This document shows positions 25,352-36,605 of a stretch of 64,000 bases of DNA, one piece after another (position 1 is the stretch's first letter; each line of letters opens with the position of its first letter). A program made the translations under genes and the position numbers. The notes beneath the pieces were generated by a model. It ran no database searches. It saw nothing but the letters and a program-made list of their open reading frames with translations, and was not told the origin of the DNA. The stretch comes from Heteronotia binoei (taxonomy: Eukaryota). The stretch is taken from contig NC_083238.1 in assembly GCF_032191835.1 (NCBI RefSeq), forward strand, positions 18,228,001 through 18,292,000. The letters are read 5' to 3'.

Positions 25352-25801
25352 GAGAGCCAGTTTGGTGTAGTGGTGAAGTGTGCGGACTCTTATCTGGGAG
25401 AAGCGGGTTTGATTCCCCACTCCTCCACTTGCACCTGCTAGCATGGCCTTGGGTCAGCCATAGCTCTGGCAGAGGTTGTCCTTGAAAGGGCAGCTGCTGG
25501 GAGAGCCCTCTCCAGCCCCACCCACCTCACAGGGTGTCTGTTGTGGGGGAGGACTCTTATCTGGGAGAACTGGGTTTGATTCCCCACTCCTCCACTTGCA
25601 GCTGCTGGAATGGCCTTGGGTCAGCCATAGCTCTGGCAGAGGTTGTCCTTGAAAGGGCAGCTGCTGTGAGAGCCCTCTCCAGCCCCACCCACCTCACAGG
25701 GTGTCTGTTGTGGGGGAGGAAGGTAAAGGAGATTGTGAGCCGCTCTGAGACTCTTCAGAGTGGAGGGCGGGATATAAATCCAATATCTTCTTCTTCTTCT
25801 T
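25352..25801 (+). mobile_element. Squam3-like SINE dimer
   Basis: Junction GGGGGAGGA|CTCTTATCTGGGAG at ~25548-25565. Confidence 0.9.
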
Positions 25802-27289
25802 CACTAATTCCAGAGCAGTAGCTGTGTTGGTCTGGTGCAACTACAATAACTAAAGAGTCTTCAGGGACCTTAAAAATTAAACACATTTATTATTGCACAA
25901 TCATTGTATGTTTTTATCATATGTTGTATGTCGCTCAGAGCCCTTCAGTAGAAGGGATCAAGCAATTCATAAATGATGATGATGATATCCCACTTCCTCA
26001 AGACCATAAAGAAGCCAGTTCTGGCTCAAGAAAGCTTATGCCTTAATAAATATGGTATTTGAGGTACCACAACAGTCTTGCTATTTCTAGACTTTTTTAT
26101 TGTATAACCCCCTCTTGCCCCAAGAAAATTCCTACCAGCTGGATGTTTACACCACCAAATATTTGGAGGTTTTTTGGGGGGAGGGGAGGGTGCTAATTAG
26201 ATGCCTATAGAACCTTTCCATGGCTTCTCTCTCTTTTCTGCATGGCTTGCATCTCACTGAAAACAGGGTATGCTCCAAAGTCAACCTTCTTATTAGTTGG
26301 AGTAAAATTTGCAGGGGTTGATGTCTGCAGAGCATGCGTTCTGAGAGCTTCCAATGCAGAACTTCTCCCTGTGGTCTTTCCGCAGTCACTGTTCTGCCTT
26401 CCCAGTGAAGGCTCTGTCCTTGGTACTGATACATCGAACCATTCAAAAAAAGTTGCTGGTTTAGGTAGAAAATATACCCATAGATGCAGTGTCTGTGAGC
26501 TAGTATCCTTGTATGTCTTAGACCCAGCTTCGGCGTGTTCCCATCAATATATAATTATTTAGCCCTTGATTTTTACATTTTTTCCCTTTTAAACTGACAG
26601 TTCTTTTGATTTTTTATAAAAAAAAACTTCCCTGCTCATTTGCTCTTCTTGGTTTGCAATCCTTTAACTTCAGTTCCCTCAACATAATAGCCTTGGATTT
26701 AAAGAACAGTAATAGATTGGAAGCTAGTCTCACGTGAGTGTGAATTTTCTGGAGTATGCCTTACTTGAAATGAAGCAGAAAAGATGCATTTAATTGCTAT
26801 ACAAATTACTGCTCACAAAGCGTGATAATATATGGAAGGAGGCTGGATTAAAAAGAAACACACATACAGCATATTCTCAACAGGGGTGACACATCCTGAA
26901 TGAACTATGTGATATGTTTTATCGCTGATGCTGGTCTCATGACCATCCCAGTATTGGGTACCCATGTTATCTTGGGCTTTGATTAAAATATATGAATTCA
27001 GATAGAACTGCTTAATAGAACGTTGCGGTAGTCTACGGAAAGGCTGACATTATGAAAAAGAAATATAAAAAGAAATACATAAAATTAGTAGAAGATTTGG
27101 AGACAGAGCTAAGATTCTGAAAGGAAAGGATCCAAAACAGCGTTACACACTTCTAAACCTATGGGCGAAGCAAGTAACTCTGCTTAAGATGGCACTGTAA
27201 AATAACAGCAGTTGCCCTGTTCCACTGGAATCAGTCTAAAATAAGTAGATGCCTTTCATGCCCTTGGGACTTCTTTGGGCTCATGCACA

Positions 27290-28130
27290 GAACAAGGCTT
27301 TGTGGGTTTTGGGAAATATCACATAGTCAAATCTCATTGGTCATGAGCTATCATGGCATCATTTCACTCAATGAAAAGAGTGAACCAGCAATTGGCCCCT
27401 TTCCTGTCCTGCCTTGACCTAGCCACAGTAATACATGCAACAGTCACCTCCAGGCTAGACTACTGCAACTTGCTCTATGCTGGCCTGCCCTTGAGACTGA
27501 CCCAGAAGCTCCAACTGATCCCGAATGCAGTGGATGACACACATACAACCAGTGCTGCACCAGCTGCACTGGCTTCCAGAGGAATACAGAGCCAAGTTCA
27601 AGGTTCTGGTAACTTTCAAGGCCTTGAGTGGTCACGGACTAACATATCTACAGGACTATCTCCTCCGCTATATCCCCTGGAGAATGCTATGCTCCTCAGA
27701 CAGCAATCTGCTGGTGGTCAATGGCCCTAAAAACATGGCTGTCCTCAACCAGGGACAGAGCCTTTTTAGTCCTGGCCCCAACCTGGTGGAAATCTCTGTC
27801 CAATTCCATCAGGGTCCTTTGGAATCTTCTACAATTTCATAGGACCTTTAAGGTGGAGATGTTTTGCCAGACCTTTGATTGAGGACAGCGATGGTTACCA
27901 TCTTGGCTGGCACCCTCTTTGGGTTTCATGTCTGTTCTGCCCTCTTCTCCCCTGCCCACAAAGTGGCTGGCAGTCTGCAACTGTATTAATAGGATTTCAC
28001 CATCTGTTTTTAGTATTTAAATAACTACTGTTTTAAATTGTTTACTTATGTTCAGTGTTTTTATTTCTTGTTGTAGATTTCCCAGAGCCTTGCTACGGTG
28101 AAGAGAGGTGATTCATAAATCTAATAATAA
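27290..28130 (+). mobile_element. 5'-truncated degenerate L2-clade LINE
   Basis: LATVIHATVTSRLDYCNLLYAGLP and LHQLHWLP..FKVLVTFKAL motifs; 3' UTR and tail. Confidence 0.85.
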
Positions 28131-28209
28131 GTATTTTTTTTTTTTAAAAGGTGATCCTGATTGGCTGGGATTGCACCCTGAAACAGAATAGTGCTGAAGT
28201 GACAACAGG

Positions 28210-28435
28210 TGAACATATGAACATATGAAGCTGCCTTATACTGAATCAGACCCTGGGTCCATCAATGTCAGTATTGTCTTCTCAGACTGGCAGCGGCTCT
28301 CCAGGGTCTCAAGCTGAGGCTTTTCACACCTATTTGCCTGGACCCTTTTTTTGGAGATGCCAGGGATTGAACCTGGGACCTTCTGCTTCCCAAACAGATG
28401 CTCTGCCACTGAGCCACTGTCCCTCCCACCGTCCC
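28210..28435 (-). mobile_element. tRNA-derived SINE (Anolis SINE2/Squam2-like)
   Basis: Same family as 17283-17501. Confidence 0.9.
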
Positions 28436-29412
28436 GTTTTTTTAAAAAATCAAAAGATGTGGGGAACACAATGACTGTGAACAATCACAAAAGGCTGTAT
28501 GTCAACAGGATGCAAAAATACTCTTTTGACACAGAAAATCCTTGAATGTGGACCTATGTAAGAGCCCTATATAATCACACCCTTTTCCAAAGCCACACGT
28601 TCTCCTTCCCCTAGTTCACTTGAGACTTGAACGTTTATAGCAGTACGGTTGTTGCCTGAGAGAAGTCAGAGCTCCTGAATTTCTATTATGTATTGGTTCT
28701 TTCACTTCTGATGAATGGCTTCCTAGTACAAAATGGGAATTGAAATGACCTGTTGCCCCTAATCAGCCTCATCCTTCCTTTTGTTAAAACAATTAGGCGG
28801 AACACTGAGATGCCTCAAGACTCCTCTCTTACAACCTTTTAGAACTTGGCAATTCTGAATCTTTAAAAAAAAAAAACCTCTAGTGCACACCTATAGGAAT
28901 TGTATCAGAATGCTGCAAATGCATCCTGGAAGGGCGTTCAAGCAATGTATTCAGATATGCTCTTGTAACAAGTAGAATGAATAGAAGGCGGGAGAGAGAG
29001 CTAATCAGGAAGATCTAGTCATGCTGTAAGAAGAATAGAAAACCCCTAAGTGAAAGAGCAGAAAACACACTCCATATGCTGGGCTGTAAACCTTAATTCT
29101 GCACCGAACACCTGATTTTAAATGCACAAAAAAAAAAAAAAATTCAGGAGGTTTAAAGTTACAGTTCCCATAAGGACCATAGCTCAGCTCCATTATATAT
29201 AATGTTTATGCTTTTATATATCAGTAACATAGCAGAGTTACAGCTGTTACGGGCACCATAATTTTTCCTTTACTGTCTTGCACATTTAAAATGCACTCTA
29301 AGGACCCAATTTTGCAATTCCAATGCTGGCAACACCTTTTGCTCAGTTTAAGACATTTGCTTTAGGGGCCATTTTTCCTACAGAAAGCTGAAAGGTTGAG
29401 CCCTTTAAGGTA

Positions 29413-29465
29413 TTCTCTGCTTGGCTTTTCATCAATGAAGAGGTGCGCTCAGATATAGATCCGGA
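29413..29465. repeat. 53-bp direct repeat, copy 1 (copy 2 at 32678-32730)
   Basis: 49/53 identical. Confidence 0.9.
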
Positions 29466-29732
29466 ATCCTGAAATGTAATGAATGGCAGAACACCAGCGC
29501 CTTAATTTAGCTGTTTGTTGCTTTGATCGCCTTTCTATCCAGAAGAATCCCCAAGGCAGTTTATACGCTATGATAAAATTCAGCTGAATTTGGTTTATTC
29601 CATTCCTTTTGACATAGCGATGATGTTGACTGGCACATCAGTTCTCTTTTCATTAGGCCCTGGGGTTGTCCGCAGTCCTTCTCCCCTGCCCACTCTTTGG
29701 GTCCTGGAAACTGGATGGTTACCAGTAGGATA

Positions 29733-29795
29733 TGACACCCTTCTAAACCCATTAATTTCATTGGATTTAGACGGGTGTAACTGCTTAGGATGGCA
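29733..29795. mobile_element. Small palindromic squamate MITE-like remnant abutting the array
   Basis: ACACCCTTCTAAACCCATT..ATTGGATTTAGACGGGTGTAACTGCTTAGGAT inverted symmetry. Confidence 0.55.
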
Positions 29796-32383
29796 TGGTA
29801 CTTGCAAGAGGGTACACTTCTTACTTCCTTTACTCCAAGACTGCTGGTATTTTCACTGTCCTAAGAGAGAGAAAGGAGTCATGGCATGGTATCTGCAAGA
29901 GTGTACACGTCTTACTTCCTTTACTCCAAGACTGCTGGTATTTTCACTGTCCTAAGAGAGAGAAAGGAATCATGGCATGGTACTTGCAAGAGGGTACACT
30001 TCTTACTTCCTTTACTCCAAGACTGCTGGTATTTTCTACTTGCAAGAGTGTACACTTCTTACTTCCTTTACTCCAAGACTGCTGGTATTTTCACTGTCCT
30101 AAGAGAGAGAAAGGAATCATGGCATGGTACTTGCAAGAGTGTACACGTCTTACTTCCTTTACTCCAAGACTGCTGGTATTTTCACTGTCCTAAGAGAGAG
30201 AAAGGAATCATGGCATGGTACTTGCAAGAGTGTACACGTCTTACTTCCTTTACTCCAAGACTGCTGGTATTTTCACTGTCCTAAGAGAGAGAAAGGAATC
30301 ATGGCATGGTACTTGCAAGAGTGTACACGTCTTACTTCCTTTACTCCAAGACTGCTGGTATTTTCACTGTCCTAAGAGAGAGAAAGGAATCATGGCATGG
30401 GACTTGCAAGAGTGAACACGTCTTACTTCCTTTACTCCAAGACTGCTGGTATTTTCACTGTCCTAAGAGAGAGAAAGGAATCATGGCATGGTACTTGCAA
30501 GAGTGTACACGTCTTACTTCCTTTACTCCAAGACTGCTGGTATTTTCACTGTCCTAAGAGAGAGAAAGGAATCATGGCATGGGACTTGCAAGAGTGAACA
30601 CGTCTTACTTCCTTTACTCCAAGACTGCTGGTATTTTCACTGTCCTAAGAGAGAGAAAGGAATCATGGCATGGTACTTGCAAGAGTGTACACGTCTTACT
30701 TCCTTTACTCCAAGACTGCTGGTATTTTCACTGTCCTAAGAGAGAGAAAGGAATCATGGCATGGTACTTGCAAGAGTGTACACGTCTTACTTCCTTTACT
30801 CCAAGACTGCTGGTATTTTCACTGTCCTAAGAGAGAGAAAGGAATCATGGCATGGGACTTGCAAGAGTGTACACTTCTTACTTCCTTTACTCCAAGACTG
30901 CTGGTATTTTCACTGTCCTAAGAGAGAGAAAGGAATCATGGCATGGGACTTGCAAGAGTGTACACGTCTTACTTCCTTTACTCCAAGACTGCTGGTATTT
31001 TCACTGTCCTAAGAGAGAGAAAGGAATCATGGCATGGTACTTGCAAGAGTGTACACTTCTTACTTCCTTTACTCCAAGACTGCTGGTATTTTCACTGTCC
31101 TAAGAGAGAGAAAGGAATCATGGCATGGTACTTGCAAGAGTGTACACGTCTTACTTCCTTTACTCCAAGACTGCTGGTATTTTCACTGTCCTAAGAGAGA
31201 GAAAGGAATCATGGCATGGGACTTGCAAGAGTGAACACGTCTTACTTCCTTTACTCCAAGACTGCTGGTATTTTCACTGTCCTAAGAGAGAGAAAGGAAT
31301 CATGGCATGGTACTTGCAAGAGTGTACACGTCTTACTTCCTTTACTCCAAGACTGCTGGTATTTTCACTGTCCTAAGAGAGAGAAAGGAATCATGGCATG
31401 GGACTTGCAAGAGTGTACACGTCTTACTTCCTTTACTCCAAGACTGCTGGTATTTTCACTGTCCTAAGAGAGAGAAAGGAATCATGGCATGGTACTTGCA
31501 AGAGTGTACACTTCTTACTTCCTTTACTCCAAGACTGCTGGTATTTTCACTGTCCTAAGAGAGAGAAAGGAATCATGGCATGGTACTTGCAAGAGTGTAC
31601 ACGTCTTACTTCCTTTACTCCAAGACTGCTGGTATTTTCACTGTCCTAAGAGAGAGAAAGGAATCATGGCATGGGACTTGCAAGAGTGAACACGTCTTAC
31701 TTCCTTTACTCCAAGACTGCTGGTATTTTCAGTGTCCTAAGAGAGAGAAAGGAATCATGGCATGGTACTTGCAAGAGTGTACACTTCTTACTTCCTTTAC
31801 TCCAAGACTGCTGGTATTTTCACTGTCCTAAGAGAGAGAAAGGAATCATGGCATGGTACTTGCAAGAGTGTACACGTCTTACTTCCTTTACTCCAAGACT
31901 GCTGGTATTTTCACTGTCCTAAGAGAGAGAAAGGAATCATGGCATGGGACTTGCAAGAGTGAACACGTCTTACTTCCTTTACTCCAAGACTGCTGGTATT
32001 TTCACTGTCCTAAGAGAGAGAAAGGAATCATGGCATGGTACTTGCAAGAGTGTACACTTCTTACTTCCTTTCCTCCAAGACTGCTGGTATTTTCACTGTC
32101 CTAAGAGAGAGAAAGGAATCATGGCATGGTACTTGCAAGAGTGTACACGTCTTACTTCCTTTACTCCAAGACTGCTGGTATTTTCTCTGTCCTAAGAGGG
32201 AGAAAGGAGTCATGGCATGGGACTTGCAAGAGTGTACGCTTTTTACTTCCTTTCCTCCAAGACTGCTGGTATTTTCACTGTCCTAAGAGGGAGAAAGGAG
32301 TCATGGCATGGGACTTGCAAGAGTGAACACGTCTTACTTCCTTTACTCCAAGACTGCTGGTCCTAAGAGAGAGAAAGGAATCA
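29790..32383. repeat. 91-bp minisatellite, about 29 units (two partial)
   Basis: Unit ATGGCATGG(T/G)ACTTGCAAGAGTG(T/A)ACAC(G/T)TCTTACTTCCTTTACTCCAAGACTGCTGGTATTTTCACTGTCCTAAGAGAGAGAAAGGAATC; ORF ladder spaced 91 nt apart. Confidence 0.98.
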
Positions 32384-32677
32384 GGAAGAGCAGGTTTGCT
32401 TCAGCCAAGGTTCCTGTAATGAACACTGAACTGACCTCAGCTATCTATTTTACCTGTAGAAAGTTCAGTTGCCTAGAGCTATCTGAGGAATCAGTGAAAA
32501 TGGTAAATAATCAGTTCAGCATTTTGTGTTTACTGAGCAGTTAGATAACTGATTAAATTTATAGTCTGGGTAAGTGCCCTTATCTGATGCAGCTCACCGT
32601 TAGCTTGACCCCCTGCCCCAGAGCAAGAATGCAGAGTTGTTTAAAAGTGCTGCCAGCTCCTAGAAACTCCTTGCTGT

Positions 32678-32730
32678 TTCTCTGCTTGGCTTTTCATCAA
32701 CGAAGAGGTGCTCTCAGATATAGACCCAGA
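32678..32730. repeat. 53-bp direct repeat, copy 2
   Basis: 49/53 identical to 29413-29465. Confidence 0.9.
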
Positions 32731-33339
32731 TTTATAAATGTATTTATGAATAGAACGGTTTACCAGAACCAATTTTTTGGGTTTCTTTAGTTGAAATGAG
32801 ATATTGGACTTTCTGCAAGTAATAAAAAAAGACAGACACTTCAGGTTCCTTTAATCTCTAGGACAGTAATGACATCTAGAACTGAACTGTCACTCTTTGA
32901 TGAATCCCTGCATGTAAATGCAGAAACTTTACAACAATCATGTGTATCTTGATTTCAGAAAACATGCAGTAAATAGCAGAATATTTGTTAGGGTACTAAC
33001 ATGCCTAGCTTGACTAAAGTGGACTCTTAAGATTTTGAAAAGCAGATTCTTTTAAGTATATCCTGCTGCAGCTTCTGTAGTTTCATAACTACAGGTGCAA
33101 GAAGGAGGGAGGAGCTTCTCATAGGAACGGAAGTGGGAATTGCTTTGCTCTCTCTTGATTTATACATTTAAAATTCCACCATGGAGAGGAGAGCCATTTA
33201 TGGTTTGAGTCAAAATATCCATGCCCATTCCAATTATAGATTTTTCCGTTCACTTTCTTTTGTGGGACCCATGAGTAGAACTTTCAGCAGGTAAGCTGTT
33301 TGTATGCAAGAAAATATTTTTGAACAAAATGTTCCCCAG

Positions 33340-33785
33340 AGAGCACTTCAATCAAGTTCTCAAAATCTTTTGGCTGTCCCTGGGCTAAAAGAGGTTAGGC
33401 TAAATTCCACCAGAGCAAGAGCCTTCTTGGTGGCAGCCCCAACAATCTGGAACTCCATCCCAGAAGCCATCAGGGCCCTGTGGGACTTATTGCAGTTCCG
33501 CTGGGCCTGCAAGACTGAATTGTTTCGGATGGCATATGACATTTAAATGGGAGAGGGCTGCCACTTCACCTGGCTCTATCTCACATTAGTACCAACTGCC
33601 TAGGATCTGGCCACTTTGGAGAAAAGAAAATGCTGTATGATCTTGCCTGAATAGATGAAGTAGCACCATTGTGATTTTATCTGACTGTTTTACTGTTTTG
33701 ACATTGTTATCTTATGTTGTTAGCCGCCTTGAGTCCTCATAGAATGGGCAGGATATAAATCTAACATAATAAATAAATAAATATT
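33340..33785 (+). mobile_element. L2-clade LINE 3' end
   Basis: RARAFLVAAPTIWNSIPEAIRALWDLLQFRWACKTELF and (AAAT)n tail. Confidence 0.8.
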
Positions 33786-34009
33786 AAAAGACATCCTGTT
33801 AAACATCTGAATGAAACGTTGAAGTGTTACTATTAGAGTTATGCATAACTGCGTCCTGCAGCGACCATTTTGTGATTGGCTCCACCTCGTAGAGCAGCCA
33901 TTTTGTTATTGGCTCTTACTACTGTGGCAGCTATTTTGTAGTTGTGCTCACCACTGGTGTCAAAATTCCAAAGGCACAAATATCTGGGGAATTCTGATCT
34001 AGACGAACA

Positions 34010-34235
34010 CACAATTATTTAAGATATTTATACTTATACCTCACTTTTCTCTCTAATGGGGGACCCAAAGTGATTCACAACGTCATTCTTCTCTTCTCCA
34101 TTTGGTCCTCACAACAACAACCCTGGAAAGTATGTTAGGTTGAGACTGATCCTAAGAAACTCAACGAGCCTACATGGCATAACGATTCCAGTTTAGTTGT
34201 CCTAAAGCCTTTAACCACTGCACCCTGCTGGTGAA
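34010..34235 (-). mobile_element. Old MIR/Squam3-like SINE
   Basis: Degenerate CORE-type sequence ending TTTAACCACTGCACC. Confidence 0.55.
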
Positions 34236-34848
34236 TGCATATATGCAGGTAGTAATTTCTTCACATACTAAAAAAAATATAGCAATACCAAAAATGCTTG
34301 AGGCACCAGTGTGGGTAGGAATCATGCATACTATCAACAGTCATGCCAAAATGAATGATTGCCTATTGCAAAGTCTGTTTGTGTTTCACAGGATTTTGCA
34401 TAGAGGGTCAGAAAGAAATGTTCAATGTCAGTTGGATCAGAGACAAAAAAATGAACATTTGTATGACTGCTATATGCAGTATCGTCCATCAAAAACCTGA
34501 ACATTTAGTAAAGGAGATCTATGTGTAGCACAATATTCAACCTGAAATGTACATGCAACTAGCTTGGGAATTGTAATGTAATCGATCAGAATTATATTAA
34601 ATACCTTGCACCCTCCAGGTAACACAAATGCCAAGTTGTGCTTTGGGGAGAGGATAAAAAATGAAACTCACCTCCTCTAGGAACAGAGTCAGGACTGATG
34701 AAACCTGTGGATTTGGCTTTCCATGAAATAATTAAGACGTTTTGAGCTGCTTTACTAAAACAGTGCAATGTCACAGACCTTTATTTTCCTATTTTCCACC
34801 AGGGATCAATTTGTGTTGCAGTAAGACTGATGGGACATGCGAACTAGT

Positions 34849-36038
34849 CTCTCTCTCTCTCGGCTTGACTTCACGAACGAAGATTTAAGAAGGGTGCAGT
34901 AGTCCACATCTGCTGCAGGCTCGCTGGTGGCTGACAAGACCAATGCGGGACAGGCAGATCTGGCCACAGTGGCTGCAGGGAAAAGTCTGATTTGGGGTTG
35001 GTGCTGTAGCAGTGCGATTCTTCCTCCATCTCCTTTTGTCCTCAAGACCAGCTATGCGTGCGTTCTCAAAGGAAGAGACAGCCTGGTGGATGGTGTGCCT
35101 CCATGCTTTGCGATCTGAGGCTAGGTCAGACCACTGGTGATGGTTGATGCGACAGGTGCCAGGGGATTTCTTCAAGGAGTCCTTGTACCTCTTCTTTGGT
35201 GCCCCTCTATTTCGATGGCCGGTGGAAAGTTTGCCATACAGAGCAATCTTGGGAAGGCGGTGGTTTTCCATCCTAGAAATATGCCCTGCCCAGCGCAGCT
35301 GCGTCTTCAACAGCAGTGCTTCGATGCTTGTAACCTCCGCCCTCTTGAGGACTTCAGTGTTGGTCACAAAGTCACTCCAGTGGATGTTGAGGACGGTGCG
35401 AAGGCAGCGCTGATGAAAGCGCTCAAGGAGTCGCAGGTGATGACGGTATAAAACCCACGATTCGGAGCCGTAGATGAGGGTTGTCATCACAACCGCTTTG
35501 TAAACATTGATCTTTGTGCCTTTTTTCAGATGCTTGTTGCTCCACACTCTTTTGTGCAGTCGGCCAAATGCACGATTTGCCTTTGCCAGCCTGTTGTCAA
35601 TTTCCTTGTCGATCTTGGCATTTGAGGAGACGATGCACCCCAGGTAGCTGAACTGCTGGACTGTCTTCAGAACTGATTCACCCACGGTGATGCAGGGAGG
35701 GTGATAATCTTCCTGGGGTGCAGGCTGGTGGAGAACTTCTGTCTTCTTCAGACTAACTTCTAGGCCGAATAGCTTGGCAGCCTCTGCAAAGCAGGACGTC
35801 ATATGCTGCAGAGCTGATACCGAGTGGGAGACGAGTGCAGCATCATCAGCAAACAGTAGCTCTCGGATGAGTTTTTCCATTGTCTTGGAGTGAGCCTTTA
35901 GTCGCCTCAGGTTGAACAGGCTGCCATCAGTGCGATAGCGGATGTAGACACCATCGTCATCATCTAGATCTACTGCGGCTCTTTGAAGCATCATGCTAAA
36001 CTAAACATCATGCTAAACTAAACTAAACTTTGAAGCAT
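34849..36038 (-). mobile_element. 5'-truncated young RTE-clade LINE
   Basis: Perfect 13-bp TSD CATGCGAACTAGT at 34836-34848 and 36039-36051; (GA)n tail; uninterrupted ORF. Confidence 0.95.
34885..35994 (-). CDS. C-terminal RT and C2H2-like zinc finger of RTE LINE ORF (truncated, not a full protein)
   Basis: RYRTDGSLFNLRRL, LLFADDAAL, FSYLG, YGSESW, LRWAGH and CSHC..SHQRAC motifs. Confidence 0.9.
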   Translation of the reverse strand: MMLQRAAVDLDDDDGVYIRYRTDGSLFNLRRLKAHSKTMEKLIRELLFADDAALVSHSVSALQHMTSCFAEAAKLFGLEVSLKKTEVLHQPAPQEDYHPPCITVGESVLKTVQQFSYLGCIVSSNAKIDKEIDNRLAKANRAFGRLHKRVWSNKHLKKGTKINVYKAVVMTTLIYGSESWVLYRHHLRLLERFHQRCLRTVLNIHWSDFVTNTEVLKRAEVTSIEALLLKTQLRWAGHISRMENHRLPKIALYGKLSTGHRNRGAPKKRYKDSLKKSPGTCRINHHQWSDLASDRKAWRHTIHQAVSSFENARIAGLEDKRRWRKNRTATAPTPNQTFPCSHCGQICLSRIGLVSHQRACSRCGLLHPS

Positions 36039-36605
36039 CATGCGAACTAGTAATACAGATTGAAGAACATCTCAGGGCCAGGCTGTATTTTTCTTTTTCT
36101 TATATATAGTGGAACCAGGCATTGCTTATTGGGCTGTTCATCTAGTATAGAGCAAGAACCTCTTTATGCTTTCTAGGAAAAGATTTCCCCTGAATATTGT
36201 TATATGCGTACATCTAAACATGTAAATGTGGCACAGGTGTGAAACTGAAACTGGTTCCAGGTGTTTCTTCCCAGAAGGTTCCTGGCAGTCAAATGTAAAT
36301 AAAGTCTCCAATTGGAGCTGCACTCCTACAGGAGGACTCCAAGAAGTTCTTTATTCCAAGTCACAGTCCTCACTGGTGTCCTTTCAGTTCTCATGGGCCT
36401 GTTCCTGGCTATACTTCCCTCTCCAATTGTGTCTCTTATCCCTTTCATTCTGCCACCTCTCCCTCCTCACCTCAAGAAAAAGAAACTGTTTCTTGGTCAG
36501 AGTAAGGGAATGCTGGGAGAAGTAATTCCTCAGTAATGCAGTTACAATTACTATTGAAAGGTGTTACATTGGTTTTGTTCTTGTATTCAGTCTGGACATT
36601 ATATT

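Noticed and set aside
29341-29445. C/D-box snoRNA on the minus strand (TGATGA ... CTGA)
   Set aside because: The C box is imperfect, the terminal stem is weak, and the second copy of the conserved core has no matching D box; I recognise no guide.
29595-29807. Exon-like peptide EINGFRRVSYP
   Set aside because: Largely the translation of a small palindromic repeat element.
29790-32383. CRISPR array or repeat-protein gene (ladder of 66-132 aa ORFs)
   Set aside because: There are no unique spacers and no cas genes, and the host is a vertebrate. The unit length of 91 is not a multiple of 3 and each unit has a stop in one frame, so the ORFs are by-products of the repeat.
29790-32383. Array of tiny exons (CTTTACTCCAAG| ... 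ATG|GTACTT per unit)
   Set aside because: The implied introns would be about 42 nt, too short for vertebrate splicing, and the GT is polymorphic among units.
36226-36536. Region open in all three plus frames
   Set aside because: Pyrimidine-rich low-complexity composition depletes stops; no splice or domain support.
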